Shown here in pieces: positions 10,186 through 19,658 of a DNA stretch of 64,000 nt; the stretch's first letter is position 1, and each line of letters starts with the position of its first letter. A model generated the notes under the pieces. The model did no database searches. It was not told where the DNA came from and saw nothing but the letters and a program-made list of their open reading frames with translations. The DNA is taken from the IMG/VR virus record IMGVR_UViG_3300008108_000012; one strand, given 5' to 3'. Source of the DNA: an uncultured virus (IMG/VR IMGVR_UViG_3300008108_000012) (Duplodnaviria > Heunggongvirae > Uroviricota > Caudoviricetes). The translations under genes were made by a program, and so were the position numbers.

Positions 10186-10434
10186 ATGGAAGCAGTGTAC
10201 GTTGCCCTTATTAGTGCCGTCGGTGGCGTGATTATTGCCATAGTCGAGTCTGGACGCAGAACCAGCAGGGCAAGGTGGGAAGAAAACAAGCAAGACCACA
10301 ACTTCGTCGTCGACAAGATTGACACCCTCGGTAAGTCTCTAGGTATTTCGATTGACCGTGTTGAAAAAGGCGTAGAGCGGACAGAGCAAAAAATCGACGA
10401 ACATATCCGCGACCATGCAAAAGGAGAGGTCTGA
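10186..10434 (+). CDS. Holin-like or lysis-associated membrane protein
   Basis: N-terminal TM plus coiled coil ending HIRDH; directly after the endolysin. Confidence 0.55.
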   Translation: MEAVYVALISAVGGVIIAIVESGRRTSRARWEENKQDHNFVVDKIDTLGKSLGISIDRVEKGVERTEQKIDEHIRDHAKGEV

Positions 10435-10670
10435 TGGCCGGCAAGAAACCAGCAAAACCAATGGCAGGGCAGTCCAAACAAGCCCCAGAAAACCCCGCTA
10501 TCTATGGTACTCAAGTCATGTTCATGGGCTCAAAGCTTGCGAAGTTCACATGCGATAAGTGTGGTAAATCGATTGTTCGCGGAATGATTCGAGTTCTTGG
10601 TGACACCAGTTACTGTTCAAAAGCCTGTGTGACTTCTGTCACCAAACAAAAAGAGGAGATGTCTCAATGA
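10434..10670 (+). CDS. Small zinc-finger protein
   Basis: CDKCG...YCSKAC. Confidence 0.6.
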   Translation: MAGKKPAKPMAGQSKQAPENPAIYGTQVMFMGSKLAKFTCDKCGKSIVRGMIRVLGDTSYCSKACVTSVTKQKEEMSQ

Positions 10671-10945
10671 AAACTTTTCTATCTCTTATAGGTAGGGTCG
10701 CTGCAGTTTTCGGCAGCAGTGCGCTGGCTGCTGTTGCAGGTGGAGCAGTCTTCGGCGTCGAGCTATGGAAAAGCGCTGCAATCGCCGGCGTGATGGCTGC
10801 AGCAAAAGTTACCGAGTCTCTGCTTAAGTCTTACGCTGATGATGGGGTGTTAGATAAAGAAGAAATTTCCCAAGCTTTTGGTGGAAATAATTCAATGACT
10901 ACTGCCAAGAAGGCACGCAGAAAAGCTCCAGCCGAACAGGTATAA
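10667..10945 (+). CDS. Holin-like membrane protein
   Basis: Two hydrophobic helices and basic C-terminus; located in the lysis cluster. Confidence 0.55.
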   Translation: MKTFLSLIGRVAAVFGSSALAAVAGGAVFGVELWKSAAIAGVMAAAKVTESLLKSYADDGVLDKEEISQAFGGNNSMTTAKKARRKAPAEQV

Positions 10946-11037
10946 TATAAGTGGGCCTTGGTGCCCGTCAAGGGGATGCAGTAGTTTTTTTAAATTTATC
11001 TGTTGTTGTCTCCCCTTATAACTACTAAAGTATCTAC

Positions 11038-11220
11038 ATGACTACTTTGCGACTATCTATCCTGCTTCGCGATATGGAAATTCCAGCGTCGCGCAGAGAC
11101 ACCACAAAGCCAGAGAATCTCCGCTGGATGCTCCGAAACCTACGCATTCGCAATCTGGAGAACCCATGCATCAGCGAAGCCATCACGCTTCTCAAGAAAG
11201 AAATAGATAAACTTCAGTAA
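11038..11220 (+). CDS. Hypothetical protein
   Basis: 60-aa ORF whose stop overlaps the next start (TAATG). Confidence 0.55.
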   Translation: MTTLRLSILLRDMEIPASRRDTTKPENLRWMLRNLRIRNLENPCISEAITLLKKEIDKLQ

Positions 11221-11537
11221 TGGAAAAGGAAATGACGTGGCACAATGATGGCCACTCCCTCGAATTCATTATTGATAAATCCAACCTGATTATCTCCGCC
11301 GTCAATTGCCCGGCAGAAGAAGGCAAATGCAGGAACCGCCACGGCGCGTGCGTATTTAAGCTGTTCATTGACATCTATGGTCTTGAATGCAATGTCGGTG
11401 TAGTGAGCGCTGAACCGTTGCTTGAGTTTGCGTGGGCGTTTATCGGTGATTTCGACAATCCCCTAGAAGCATCTCAGTTGTGGATTATCCCCACAAAGGA
11501 CGAAATCTTCTCAGCGTGGGCTGAAGCCCAAAATTAG
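11220..11537 (+). CDS. Hypothetical protein
   Basis: 105-aa ORF coupled to the previous gene. Confidence 0.6.
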   Translation: MEKEMTWHNDGHSLEFIIDKSNLIISAVNCPAEEGKCRNRHGACVFKLFIDIYGLECNVGVVSAEPLLEFAWAFIGDFDNPLEASQLWIIPTKDEIFSAWAEAQN

Positions 11538-11968
11538 AACGGTTCGCTCTCGATAGCAGCCGAAACTGCCTGCTGAAGGTACTTGATATCAGCAAGGTTG
11601 AGAAACTTGTCTACATCAACTGTGTACATATTTTTGTTCTGAACTTTTGTCTTTGCTACGAGCTTCATTTCAGTCAATTGGCGTATGGTTTTCTGGACTG
11701 CAGCCTCGGAAATACCAAGATAAATTGATAAAGCCCGCTGCGTCATCGAAGGCTCCATTAGAAGCGTAATGAGCATCCGCGCCGGCGCTGTCAACATCGA
11801 TATGCCGTCTGATGCATATTGGGCACTTTTGCCGTCTAGGGCCTTAGCTATTTCTATAGCGAGCTCTTGTGGGGAACGCTTATCTGATATTCCCTTTTTA
11901 ATGATTACTTCTAGGGGTTCTGTCATGCCCCCGTATTCCTTGCGTCTCTTATCTATTGACATTTCCAC
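11534..11968 (-). CDS. Winged-HTH (MarR/AsnC-like) transcription regulator
   Basis: MTQRALSIYLGISEAAVQKTIRQLTEMKLV HTH-wing pattern. Confidence 0.75.
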   Translation of the reverse strand: MEMSIDKRRKEYGGMTEPLEVIIKKGISDKRSPQELAIEIAKALDGKSAQYASDGISMLTAPARMLITLLMEPSMTQRALSIYLGISEAAVQKTIRQLTEMKLVAKTKVQNKNMYTVDVDKFLNLADIKYLQQAVSAAIESEPF

Positions 11969-12043
11969 TATCCTTGACTGGCGAACATATGTTTGTACTA
12001 GTATTATTCATCAATGGCAATCCATGCGGGAGGGTGATTATCT

Positions 12044-12346
12044 ATGAGCATACACGCCAAGTCAGAACAACCAACTTCACTAAAGGACAAGCTAGCAAGT
12101 TTGACCGTACATAGTGCAGGAGCATGCGCGTTTGGTCGCATTGCTAATGATTTAGATGATGAGACACGCCAGGCTTTATTTGACGCAATGCGTAGTCCTG
12201 CAAGTTCGAACAGTATCTGCAATAGCCTTCGTGAATCAGGGTTCAATATTGCACGTTCAACAGTTGTACAAAAACGGGCTTGCTTTACAGCGTCCGGCTC
12301 AAGCCGGTGCGAATGCTTCCCAGATATGTATGCGGAGGAAATATAA
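12044..12346 (+). CDS. Hypothetical Cys-containing protein
   Basis: RBS GGAGGG; adjacent to the phosphoesterase gene. Confidence 0.65.
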   Translation: MSIHAKSEQPTSLKDKLASLTVHSAGACAFGRIANDLDDETRQALFDAMRSPASSNSICNSLRESGFNIARSTVVQKRACFTASGSSRCECFPDMYAEEI

Positions 12347-13522
12347 ATGGCAGCAAAAAAACTTGCGGATAATCTCAAGCAGTTATCCACAGAGCAAGAA
12401 CGCAAGGACCAACGTTCCAAGGTCCTGGGTGATATCGCTCAGATGTTGGAACGCAAAAACATCAGCCTGGAAGAAATTGGCAGCATCAAACGTGTGTCGC
12501 TGTATCAATCCTTGACAAAAAACGAAGAAGGTGACGCTGAGGTACATGACCTTGTGGCTCTCCAATTCTCGCCGGCCTTTGAGGATGGACCAAAGTGGCC
12601 CGTTATCCACCAAGGGCCAGCGGTGCAATTACCAAAAGTCAAGATTCCCAAGAAGCGTACAAAAGGCTTCAAAACGTGTGTGATAGTACCTGATATCCAG
12701 ATTGGATATTTCCGTAATGCGGAAGGTCAACTTGAACCTACCCATGACGAGCGTGCTATCAGTATTGCGCTGGCCATCATCACGGACATCCAACCAGACC
12801 TTATCGTGTGCGTTGGCGACAACCTTGACCTTCCAGAGATGGGCAAGTACATCACGTACCCGGCATATGCACAGACAACGCAGGCGGCAATTGACGCTGC
12901 AACGAAGCTTTGCGCACAAATGAGAGCGGCAGCACCAGGTGCAGTAATACGCTGGTTGGCAGGAAACCACGAAGAGCGCCTACCAAAGTATCTAATTCAG
13001 AATGCTGCGGCAGCCTATGGACTCCGTAAAGGGATGACTCCAGACTCTTGGCCAGTAATGACTGTTCCTTACCTCTGCCGTATGGATGAATTTGGGGTTG
13101 AATACTTCCCTGGCTATCCCGCATCACACTGCTGGATAAATGAGAAGCTCCGTGTTATCCACGGGGACAAGGTTAACTCCAATGGCATGACGGCTACACG
13201 GTACCTCAATAACGAAAAAGTGTCTGTTATCTATGGACACATTCACCGTATCGAGATGGCCTACAAGACTCGCGAGGATTACGACGGTCCAAAGACCGTG
13301 ATGGCAGCATCTCCTGGATGTCTCGCTCGTATCGATGGCGCTATTCCGTCAACAAAAGGCGGAGTAGACCTAGATGGACGCCCCCTTGTGCGCCACGAAG
13401 ACTGGCAACAGGGACTCGGTGTCGTGACCTATGAAGACACGGGCGAACACAAGTTTTCTTATGAATCTGTGCTGATTTACGACGGTTGGTGCGCCTTCCG
13501 TGGCACAGAGTATAAGGTCTGA
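12347..13522 (+). CDS. Calcineurin-like metallophosphoesterase
   Basis: PDIQ, GDNLD, GNHE, HG and GHIH motifs. Confidence 0.85.
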   Translation: MAAKKLADNLKQLSTEQERKDQRSKVLGDIAQMLERKNISLEEIGSIKRVSLYQSLTKNEEGDAEVHDLVALQFSPAFEDGPKWPVIHQGPAVQLPKVKIPKKRTKGFKTCVIVPDIQIGYFRNAEGQLEPTHDERAISIALAIITDIQPDLIVCVGDNLDLPEMGKYITYPAYAQTTQAAIDAATKLCAQMRAAAPGAVIRWLAGNHEERLPKYLIQNAAAAYGLRKGMTPDSWPVMTVPYLCRMDEFGVEYFPGYPASHCWINEKLRVIHGDKVNSNGMTATRYLNNEKVSVIYGHIHRIEMAYKTREDYDGPKTVMAASPGCLARIDGAIPSTKGGVDLDGRPLVRHEDWQQGLGVVTYEDTGEHKFSYESVLIYDGWCAFRGTEYKV

Positions 13523-13568
13523 CGAAAAGCGCGCGCATTCTAAACCGCAACGGTAAGCAAAGGCAGCG

Positions 13569-14213
13569 ATGACCACCATAATAGGAATACAAGGGGACGG
13601 ATATGCCCTAATGGTAGGAGACTCACGTATCTCTGATATAGGGAGAGACGGTGAGATTCTTTCTACCAGTACTTTGGGTGGTGGTGTTAACAAGATTGCC
13701 AATACGAAGCAGTTCCTACTTGGTGCTGCTGGGGACTTACGAGCAATAAATCTGTTGACTCATGCTTTTGTTCCACCACCGCCACCGGTGGGTACCGGGA
13801 AGAAGCTAGACGCCTTCATGACCCTAAAGTTCATACCCGAACTACGCTCATGCTTTGATGAACACGGATATTCCTTACCCGAAAGGGACTCAAGCCAACA
13901 TGTAGCCGAACACGGTTCAACCATCATGGTTGCCGTAAACGGGATTCTGTACATCGTGGACAGTGACTATTCATGGATTATCGACTCATCTGGCCTGTTT
14001 GCCATAGGTAGTGGGGCACAGTATGCCCTAGGAGCCTTACAGGTATTGGTGAATGGCAAGAAGCTAGAACTGCAGCAGGCGAAGAGGGTAGCCCTAAAGG
14101 CTATTGCTATTGCTGCGAAGTATGACCCTGGAACTGGGGCTCCATACTCAACCCATATACAAGAACCTACCACCAAGCCGAAAGGTCAAAGTGGAACTAG
14201 AAGTACCCGATGA
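13569..14213 (+). CDS. Proteasome-beta/HslV-like Ntn protease
   Basis: N-terminal MTTIIG, GDSR, K and AIGSG motifs. Confidence 0.8.
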   Translation: MTTIIGIQGDGYALMVGDSRISDIGRDGEILSTSTLGGGVNKIANTKQFLLGAAGDLRAINLLTHAFVPPPPPVGTGKKLDAFMTLKFIPELRSCFDEHGYSLPERDSSQHVAEHGSTIMVAVNGILYIVDSDYSWIIDSSGLFAIGSGAQYALGALQVLVNGKKLELQQAKRVALKAIAIAAKYDPGTGAPYSTHIQEPTTKPKGQSGTRSTR

Positions 14214-14535
14214 AAATGATGGATTAGAAGTACCTGAGCCTCCATCAGAACGTGATATACAAGATAACGGGTGGATGTTCTACGCAAACTGTAAGGGACG
14301 TACGAACGAGATGTTCCCGAAGGGGCATAAGGACATCAGCTACATACCTGGGGCAAGAGCCTTGTGTGACGGGTGCTTCGTGAGAACGCAGTGCCTTAAC
14401 TATGCGCTGGAGTTCCCTGTGGCGGATATGCACGGCATATGGGCAGGGATGACTAGCAGGCAGCTAGCAGCGGAACAGAGGCGTAGGGGAATCACTGCAG
14501 TTAGACCCACTCTCAGTCAGATGTGGGGCGATTGA
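14191..14535 (+). CDS. whiB: WhiB-family transcription factor (copy 1)
   Basis: C...CxxC-x5-C plus GIWAG; GTG start at 14191 chosen (start uncertain). Confidence 0.85.
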   Translation: MELEVPDENDGLEVPEPPSERDIQDNGWMFYANCKGRTNEMFPKGHKDISYIPGARALCDGCFVRTQCLNYALEFPVADMHGIWAGMTSRQLAAEQRRRGITAVRPTLSQMWGD

Positions 14536-14536
14536 A

Positions 14537-14875
14537 CTAAGTTCCCCTGACGCCGCATTTTTGGCAGAACTGCATGTTTTGTAGTTCCTCCCACACCGGC
14601 TCGCAGTCAGTCTTCCCGCACGGTTGGAGTATTACTTCCCCCACCATGTAGGCGCGAATCTGGTCAGCAGTCGTCGGCTTTGGTGCGGCGGGTGGCGGCG
14701 CGGGTGGTAGACCCCGGGATTCTCGTACTGCTTCATACAGCACCGTCGAGACCCACTGGTTTATCCGTGCTTCGCCACAGGCGTCGAGTATGGCGTTCTT
14801 CAGCCAGCCCGGTATTTGGACAACCAGGTTGTACTTACCGTCTGGTAGCTCAGCGCGCTGGGGTGTCCGAGACAT
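14537..14875 (-). CDS. Ribbon-helix-helix-like protein with C-terminal Cys motif
   Basis: LVVQIPGWLK... N-terminus; FCQKCG at the C-terminus. Confidence 0.55.
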   Translation of the reverse strand: MSRTPQRAELPDGKYNLVVQIPGWLKNAILDACGEARINQWVSTVLYEAVRESRGLPPAPPPAAPKPTTADQIRAYMVGEVILQPCGKTDCEPVWEELQNMQFCQKCGVRGT

Positions 14876-15029
14876 CTTTGTCCACGAGCGTCAAGAGATA
14901 CTCCGTGATTGTCATGTCGTAGGCGTCTGCCATGTCGACTATCCGGTTCTTGATGTCGGCGGAGACGCGCATGGTTATCGTCGTTTCGCCGGCCGCGTGC
15001 TGTGGCGGCCTACCCATCCTCTTGCGCAT
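14850..15029 (-). CDS. Ribbon-helix-helix (CopG/Arc-like) DNA-binding protein, 59 aa
   Basis: Below the ORF-track cutoff; MRKRMGRPP...TITMRVSADIKNRIVDMADAYDMTITEYL. Confidence 0.65.
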   Translation of the reverse strand: MRKRMGRPPQHAAGETTITMRVSADIKNRIVDMADAYDMTITEYLLTLVDKDVSDTPAR

Positions 15030-15043
15030 GGCAAGAGATTACT

Positions 15044-15514
15044 TTACGGAATCAGTTTGTAGTGGAGCTTTTCCCATTCACGCACTTGCTCCTGGTAGGC
15101 TTCCGAGAAGAATGTTCGGTCTCCATTGGTGTTCACTGCGACGGAGGATATGCCTCCCATCAGGCGTACGGTGGCGAGCACGCAGGGATGATACTTATCT
15201 TCAGCGTAGGTGCCAGAGGACACTGATTCTGACAGTGAGCGGACCTGACCCCACGCTTCGACAGGAGAGGGAGCCGGCGGCAATTGGCTGCACGCCTTCA
15301 GTACGGCTTTCCGAATCTGACCTGGACGCGGCATGTACGTGTCGTGCAGGGCTGCGGTCGATATGGCTTGTACGACGGCGGCGTACTCCAGGTCAAGAAT
15401 AAACTCAGCCCAGGCGCGCAGAGCAGCCTTCTTGGGGGCATCTGAGCTAGGCAGGCGGTCGTTCCAGTGTGAGTAGAGAAGTTCTACTGCTTTGACTACT
15501 TCGTCCTTGGTCAT
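15044..15514 (-). CDS. Replicative helicase loader/inhibitor-like protein (G39P-like)
   Basis: AW.....DL.Y..V..AI.......MP.PGQIR pattern; next to an initiator-like gene. Confidence 0.6.
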   Translation of the reverse strand: MTKDEVVKAVELLYSHWNDRLPSSDAPKKAALRAWAEFILDLEYAAVVQAISTAALHDTYMPRPGQIRKAVLKACSQLPPAPSPVEAWGQVRSLSESVSSGTYAEDKYHPCVLATVRLMGGISSVAVNTNGDRTFFSEAYQEQVREWEKLHYKLIP

Positions 15515-15873
15515 TCTTCCTCCACCGTCGGCTTGTACATACTAGCGAATTTCTTGACGCGCCAATCATCGCGGAAGATGAGCTCGAGTGACGTGTACTG
15601 CTTGCCGAGGTCATTCCCACCCATGTGGAACTCGGACTGAGAGCATCCCAGTACTGCCTTGATGGCTTTCTGTGCTCCGTGGCCGGCGATGCCGCGTGTG
15701 ATGGCCTGGCGGCGGCTGTGGGTCAATTCAGGGCGGCGGCCGCGACCCGACCAAAATGTATCCACCCAAACAGTAAAGACCTCGAGTATGGAACTTTCTG
15801 TCACGGAAGAAAAGTATGGGAGATTTTCTACCTGAACTTTTTTACCCGACAATTTTTTGTGCGCCAAAATCAA
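15511..15873 (-). CDS. Replication initiator C-terminal-like protein
   Basis: LT..R...I.......G...AI.AV.GC..S.FHMG.N...Y..LELIFR pattern; start uncertain. Confidence 0.5.
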   Translation of the reverse strand: MILAHKKLSGKKVQVENLPYFSSVTESSILEVFTVWVDTFWSGRGRRPELTHSRRQAITRGIAGHGAQKAIKAVLGCSQSEFHMGGNDLGKQYTSLELIFRDDWRVKKFASMYKPTVEEE

Positions 15874-15891
15874 TTACTCCTTCTACCCGAC

Positions 15892-15960
15892 AATTAGTAC
15901 TACAACATATTGGTAGGGAGTTGTAGTACTAATTAAGACTTATCTTACTCATAAGACTTA
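15892..15960. repeat. Perfect 15-bp inverted repeat plus TAAGACTTA direct repeats in an AT-rich intergenic region (candidate origin)
   Basis: AATTAGTACTACAAC 15892-15906 / GTTGTAGTACTAATT 15920-15934; TAAGACTTA at 15934 and 15952. Confidence 0.7.
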
Positions 15961-16396
15961 ATCTATTTACTATTTACGGTTCTAACACAATCAGCGCTAG
16001 CTGATGTCTTAGAATCCAATTACTGTTCAGTACTGTTACCCACCCCCCTATAGTCCCCCCTCCCACGAGGCAGAAGAGTACTAAAAATGAATTAGGGCAG
16101 CACAAATAACGTTGCTGGATTTTGGGCAACGTTTACTGAAGGTTTTAGGCCGGCCTTCGTATGTAGGGGGTGAGCGTAGCAGGCTCGAGTGGGTCACGCA
16201 ACCATGATGTGGGAATTTCTTTGAGCTCTTCCGCCACCGTCAAATGCTAGCCAGCGCTGCGGGCTCGACAGCCCCGACATCCCCGAACATGTGTTCGTAA
16301 TGGTGTACTCTATTCCCCGGGAGGTCCCCTTCCCTCCTAGAGGGTTAAGAGTCCTAGTTGCAGCTTGTGGGTAGGTTGGCTGCACTAGGGCTCCCC

Positions 16397-16882
16397 TCAC
16401 ACCAGTTCTTTTTCGAACCAGCCGTGATTGAGCATTATGCCGATGGCTGCGTAGCCGGCGACATCGAGGATGTTGTCTTTAATCGATTCGTTCTGGGGCT
16501 CTGCAGCTTTTAGGATGAGGTGCTCGAGGCGTGCAATCTTGTCATGGCAGCGCACGATGACGCCGTAGGTCCCAAAGCGGAGAATGTTGTTGTGGCCGTA
16601 ATCGCGCTGCTTACGGATTAGCGTGTCAATTAGCTCCTGCGGTGTAAAGCTATTTCCAGTGTTCGTTGCATAGCGGTAAGCCGTGCGGCCGACGCCGGCC
16701 CAATGAAGAGAAGTACTCTCACTTTCCTTGTTACGCGAGAAGTCTTCTTCGAGGTAGGTAAACGCGAGACGAAGCTCGGCGATAACTATCGCGGGAGGCT
16801 GCTTCGGGAAGTCCATTATCTTCTCGACAGCCGCTGCGGCCGCGTCATTCCAGGTTTCGATGGGGTTAGTTAATGTGTTCAT
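16397..16882 (-). CDS. DUF1599/Nmad1-like nucleotide-modification-associated protein
   Basis: LIRKQRDYG...G..VR..DK.ARL...ES..D...D.AGYA pattern. Confidence 0.75.
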   Translation of the reverse strand: MNTLTNPIETWNDAAAAAVEKIMDFPKQPPAIVIAELRLAFTYLEEDFSRNKESESTSLHWAGVGRTAYRYATNTGNSFTPQELIDTLIRKQRDYGHNNILRFGTYGVIVRCHDKIARLEHLILKAAEPQNESIKDNILDVAGYAAIGIMLNHGWFEKELV

Positions 16883-17187
16883 GCGGTAATACTAGTTCTT
16901 CCGCCACCGTAAAAGAGTTGTACTAGGAACCTTTTTTGGTGGGTTTCTTCTCCAGGATGGCACCAGGGCCGCCAGATAGGAGCTCCATGGTCTGGGGCTT
17001 TCCAGTGTGAGACTTCTTGTTTGCGCAAACAGGTGGAGTCGAGACAGAGACCATCAACTCCACCTTGTTGCTGCACTTTGGGCATTTCCATGCGAACCTC
17101 TTAGACATGGTCCGGGATGGTAGCACCATTTTTGTCAACTGCAGGTGAATAGCGCTACGACGGCCAAAGCGAATATCACTGTGGCCA

Positions 17188-17499
17188 TTATTGTTCGCCT
17201 GCCAGGCTGCGGATGTACTGCAGAATTTCATGACGTTTCTCGTCTGGCTGGTCTGCGTAGACCTTGAACATGATGCTGACGAAGCTCTTAAGTACCTCGA
17301 GCATGCAATCGTTCAGCAGCTGGCCAGCTTCATCGATGAGGTCTTCAATCTCGTCGACGGTCCCAGCAGCGATAATTTCACGACGCCCAGGGTGGTCGAG
17401 GTGCACGCAGCGGATTTGGGGGCTCAGTGGGAACCCCTTCTTTTCCAGGGAGTCCCAGATATAGAGGTCTTCATATGGGTTGGGCATGTCATCAAACAT
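17188..17499 (-). CDS. Hypothetical protein
   Basis: RBS AAAGGA; 103 aa. Confidence 0.6.
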   Translation of the reverse strand: MFDDMPNPYEDLYIWDSLEKKGFPLSPQIRCVHLDHPGRREIIAAGTVDEIEDLIDEAGQLLNDCMLEVLKSFVSIMFKVYADQPDEKRHEILQYIRSLAGEQ

Positions 17500-17516
17500 G
17501 TTGTTCCTTTCTGTAG

Positions 17517-17756
17517 TTACCAGTGCCGCCAGCTGCGGCCCCAGCGGGGAGATGTGTTACGTAGGTAGCGCGCAAAGCGCGGGAGAATCTTTTCCACAAC
17601 CTCGGGGATAAAGATGTGGACAAAGATGTCGAGGCAGCGAATAAAACGACAAGGGCTGCCGAGTTTAAATCGACTTACTGGGGGGAGTTCGAAACGCGGT
17701 AGTTCACGGAGGGTTTCCTTGAGAGTCAATTCACGTGTCAGCATTTGGTGAGTCAT
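17517..17756 (-). CDS. Hypothetical protein
   Basis: 79-aa ORF in the leftward gene run. Confidence 0.5.
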   Translation of the reverse strand: MTHQMLTRELTLKETLRELPRFELPPVSRFKLGSPCRFIRCLDIFVHIFIPEVVEKILPRFARYLRNTSPRWGRSWRHW

Positions 17757-17769
17757 AGTAGCTACTTAG

Positions 17770-17997
17770 TTATGTAATTACAACCTCTTCCACCACCGTA
17801 AAAGAGTTGTCAGCGCTTTTTGGCAGTGGGAGTGTCACTGGCTCCAGGGCCAGAAGGAAACGTTCGACGCTCGAGAGGATTGTCGAGACGTCTTCGGGTG
17901 AGAAAGGTTTGTCAGTCACTGCCAAGGCGGCCGCATGCGAGATGCGTTCTTGTAGTAGCGCTGCAGCGATGACTATCTCGTCGTAGATGTCATCCAT
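17770..17997 (-). CDS. Hypothetical protein
   Basis: Overlaps the upstream gene; its 3' end contains a copy of the 14-mer. Confidence 0.55.
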   Translation of the reverse strand: MDDIYDEIVIAAALLQERISHAAALAVTDKPFSPEDVSTILSSVERFLLALEPVTLPLPKSADNSFTVVEEVVIT

Positions 17998-18232
17998 TTT
18001 CAGGCTCGTCTTTCATCACTCCATACTCCAGAACAGCGTCGAAGACTTCGCCACGCAAACTGTTGAAGGAAACATCTTCCAACTCTGAAACAATCATCGC
18101 CCACTTTTCTGCAGGCAACCACATTTCGTCGTCGGGGTCAAAGTCGAACGACTCTTTGTCAAACAAGAGCACAAAGACGTCGTCGTCGTCATGCATCTCA
18201 TTGATGGCCGCTTTCAGTTCAGAAATCTTCAC
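17990..18232 (-). CDS. Hypothetical acidic protein
   Basis: Coupled ORF in the leftward operon. Confidence 0.6.
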   Translation of the reverse strand: MKISELKAAINEMHDDDDVFVLLFDKESFDFDPDDEMWLPAEKWAMIVSELEDVSFNSLRGEVFDAVLEYGVMKDEPENG

Positions 18233-18543
18233 TTGTACTCATTTCCATATTCGCCTAGGTCACCTGTGCGATTGATTGCTGGGTAAACAGGTCCGTAGCC
18301 ATTTTTGTCGAGCAGGTCGCTGACCATTTCTAGACACTCTCCGTCGGTCGCTAGTTCTCCGTCGATGCGCACAATGCGAATAATTTCCTTGATGATTTCC
18401 TCAGGCGTCATGAGCAACTCTTTCTCTAGTTGTTTTTCTACTTCTATGCACGCGTTACACATTTCTTCTTCACACGTGCAGTTGTCAGGTATCGGGAATT
18501 CCCAAACATCAGCGGGGATGGGAATGTTGTGTACCGCTCTCAT
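18229..18543 (-). CDS. Hypothetical protein
   Basis: 4-bp overlaps with both neighbours. Confidence 0.55.
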   Translation of the reverse strand: MRAVHNIPIPADVWEFPIPDNCTCEEEMCNACIEVEKQLEKELLMTPEEIIKEIIRIVRIDGELATDGECLEMVSDLLDKNGYGPVYPAINRTGDLGEYGNEYK

Positions 18544-18770
18544 TGTTCTTGCAACACTTCATCTAGCGCTTCATAGTCGAGCGATTCGTCTAACCAGGCT
18601 ACGCCGTCTGGGGTTCCTGCTGACGTGTACACAAGATAGTTAGTTGCGAAATCACGGTACGTCACTTCCTTATCAAGGCTTATGACCATGTTGTACAAAA
18701 ATTCGTCATTCATTAGCCACAAGGCCACGTTCCACGTTGCGTGGTTTTTCCATCCGTTGTAATCGCTCAT
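18540..18770 (-). CDS. Conserved phage hypothetical protein (YNGWxNxxTWNVALW family)
   Basis: MSDYNGWKNHATWNVALWL...TPDGV; ATG at 18770 overlaps the upstream stop. Confidence 0.7.
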   Translation of the reverse strand: MSDYNGWKNHATWNVALWLMNDEFLYNMVISLDKEVTYRDFATNYLVYTSAGTPDGVAWLDESLDYEALDEVLQEQ

Positions 18771-19237
18771 GCATCCACTCCACAGTTTGCGCAATACGAG
18801 TCGTACTCGTGATTGCATAAAACCTTCTCAATAATTTTTGGCTCCACTGTGCCGTAGTCAAGGCTGTAACAGTGAATCTCTACAGGGTCGTTTTCTTTAG
18901 CGACGATGACGTAGATGTATTCCGCATAGCACTCGATTGCTTCTTCAAACGTCTTTATGAACGGTTCGTTTGGCGTATCGGTGTAATACTTGCCCCAGTA
19001 TTCTTTTATCTCTATGTGGTTGCCGAACGTGTCGTCATCTTCTTGCTGAAATGGGCTAAGGAAAGACCAGCCGTTATGTTCGTCAAGTAGGACACGACAT
19101 GTTGTTTCGTACCCGTCACGACGGATGAACTCGGAAAGAACGCCCATCATGTGTGTGGGGTATCCATCCCAGTGGACATAGCGCCCCTCTAGTTCGCCGT
19201 TTTCCAACTGGCGTGCAACAACTGAACGAGTTGCCAT
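18767..19237 (-). CDS. Conserved phage hypothetical protein (YxHWDGYP family)
   Basis: MATRS...YVHWDGYP...EYIY. Confidence 0.7.
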   Translation of the reverse strand: MATRSVVARQLENGELEGRYVHWDGYPTHMMGVLSEFIRRDGYETTCRVLLDEHNGWSFLSPFQQEDDDTFGNHIEIKEYWGKYYTDTPNEPFIKTFEEAIECYAEYIYVIVAKENDPVEIHCYSLDYGTVEPKIIEKVLCNHEYDSYCANCGVDA

Positions 19238-19398
19238 TATTCTTCCCCCTTTATGATTTCGACGGTGATGTTTTCCATGTGTGGACCAAAATCTTCTGTG
19301 TTGCGATTGCTATAGAAGAAATCGTCAATCATGCAGTTCAGCACCTCGTACGGGTCTACCTCGTCTGGTACCGACAGTTTGATAAGAATCTCTTTCAT
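19237..19398 (-). CDS. Hypothetical protein, 53 aa
   Basis: MKEILIKLSVPDEVDPYEV..., coupled to its neighbours; below the ORF-track cutoff. Confidence 0.5.
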   Translation of the reverse strand: MKEILIKLSVPDEVDPYEVLNCMIDDFFYSNRNTEDFGPHMENITVEIIKGEE

Positions 19399-19401
19399 TG
19401 T

Positions 19402-19554
19402 TTATTCCTCTTCTTCGTCGTCTGGCATACAGTTGATGCAGGTGTAGATGATGATTGCGGGCTTGACATCGTCTTTGATGCTCAGCATCCCGTAGTACGG
19501 GTTCCAAGTGTCTTTGCACTTGTGGCAGTTCCAGTAGGTCAGTTCGCCTGACAT
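19402..19554 (-). CDS. Small zinc-ribbon protein, 50 aa
   Basis: MSGELTYWNCHKC...CINC; RBS AAGGGG. Confidence 0.55.
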   Translation of the reverse strand: MSGELTYWNCHKCKDTWNPYYGMLSIKDDVKPAIIIYTCINCMPDDEEEE

Positions 19555-19658
19555 GTGTTCCCCTTTGATAGTTAGTAGTTAGTAGTTGTGGGGTGCACGC
19601 TACACCCCACTTAGCCATTTTTGCAAGTGGCTACTGCTAGATTATTTTGTGACTTTGG

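Noticed and set aside
13770..13783. GTTCCACCACCGCC, a near match to the 14-mer
   Set aside because: Encodes a poly-proline run (VPPPPP), has two mismatches and lacks companion elements; probably chance
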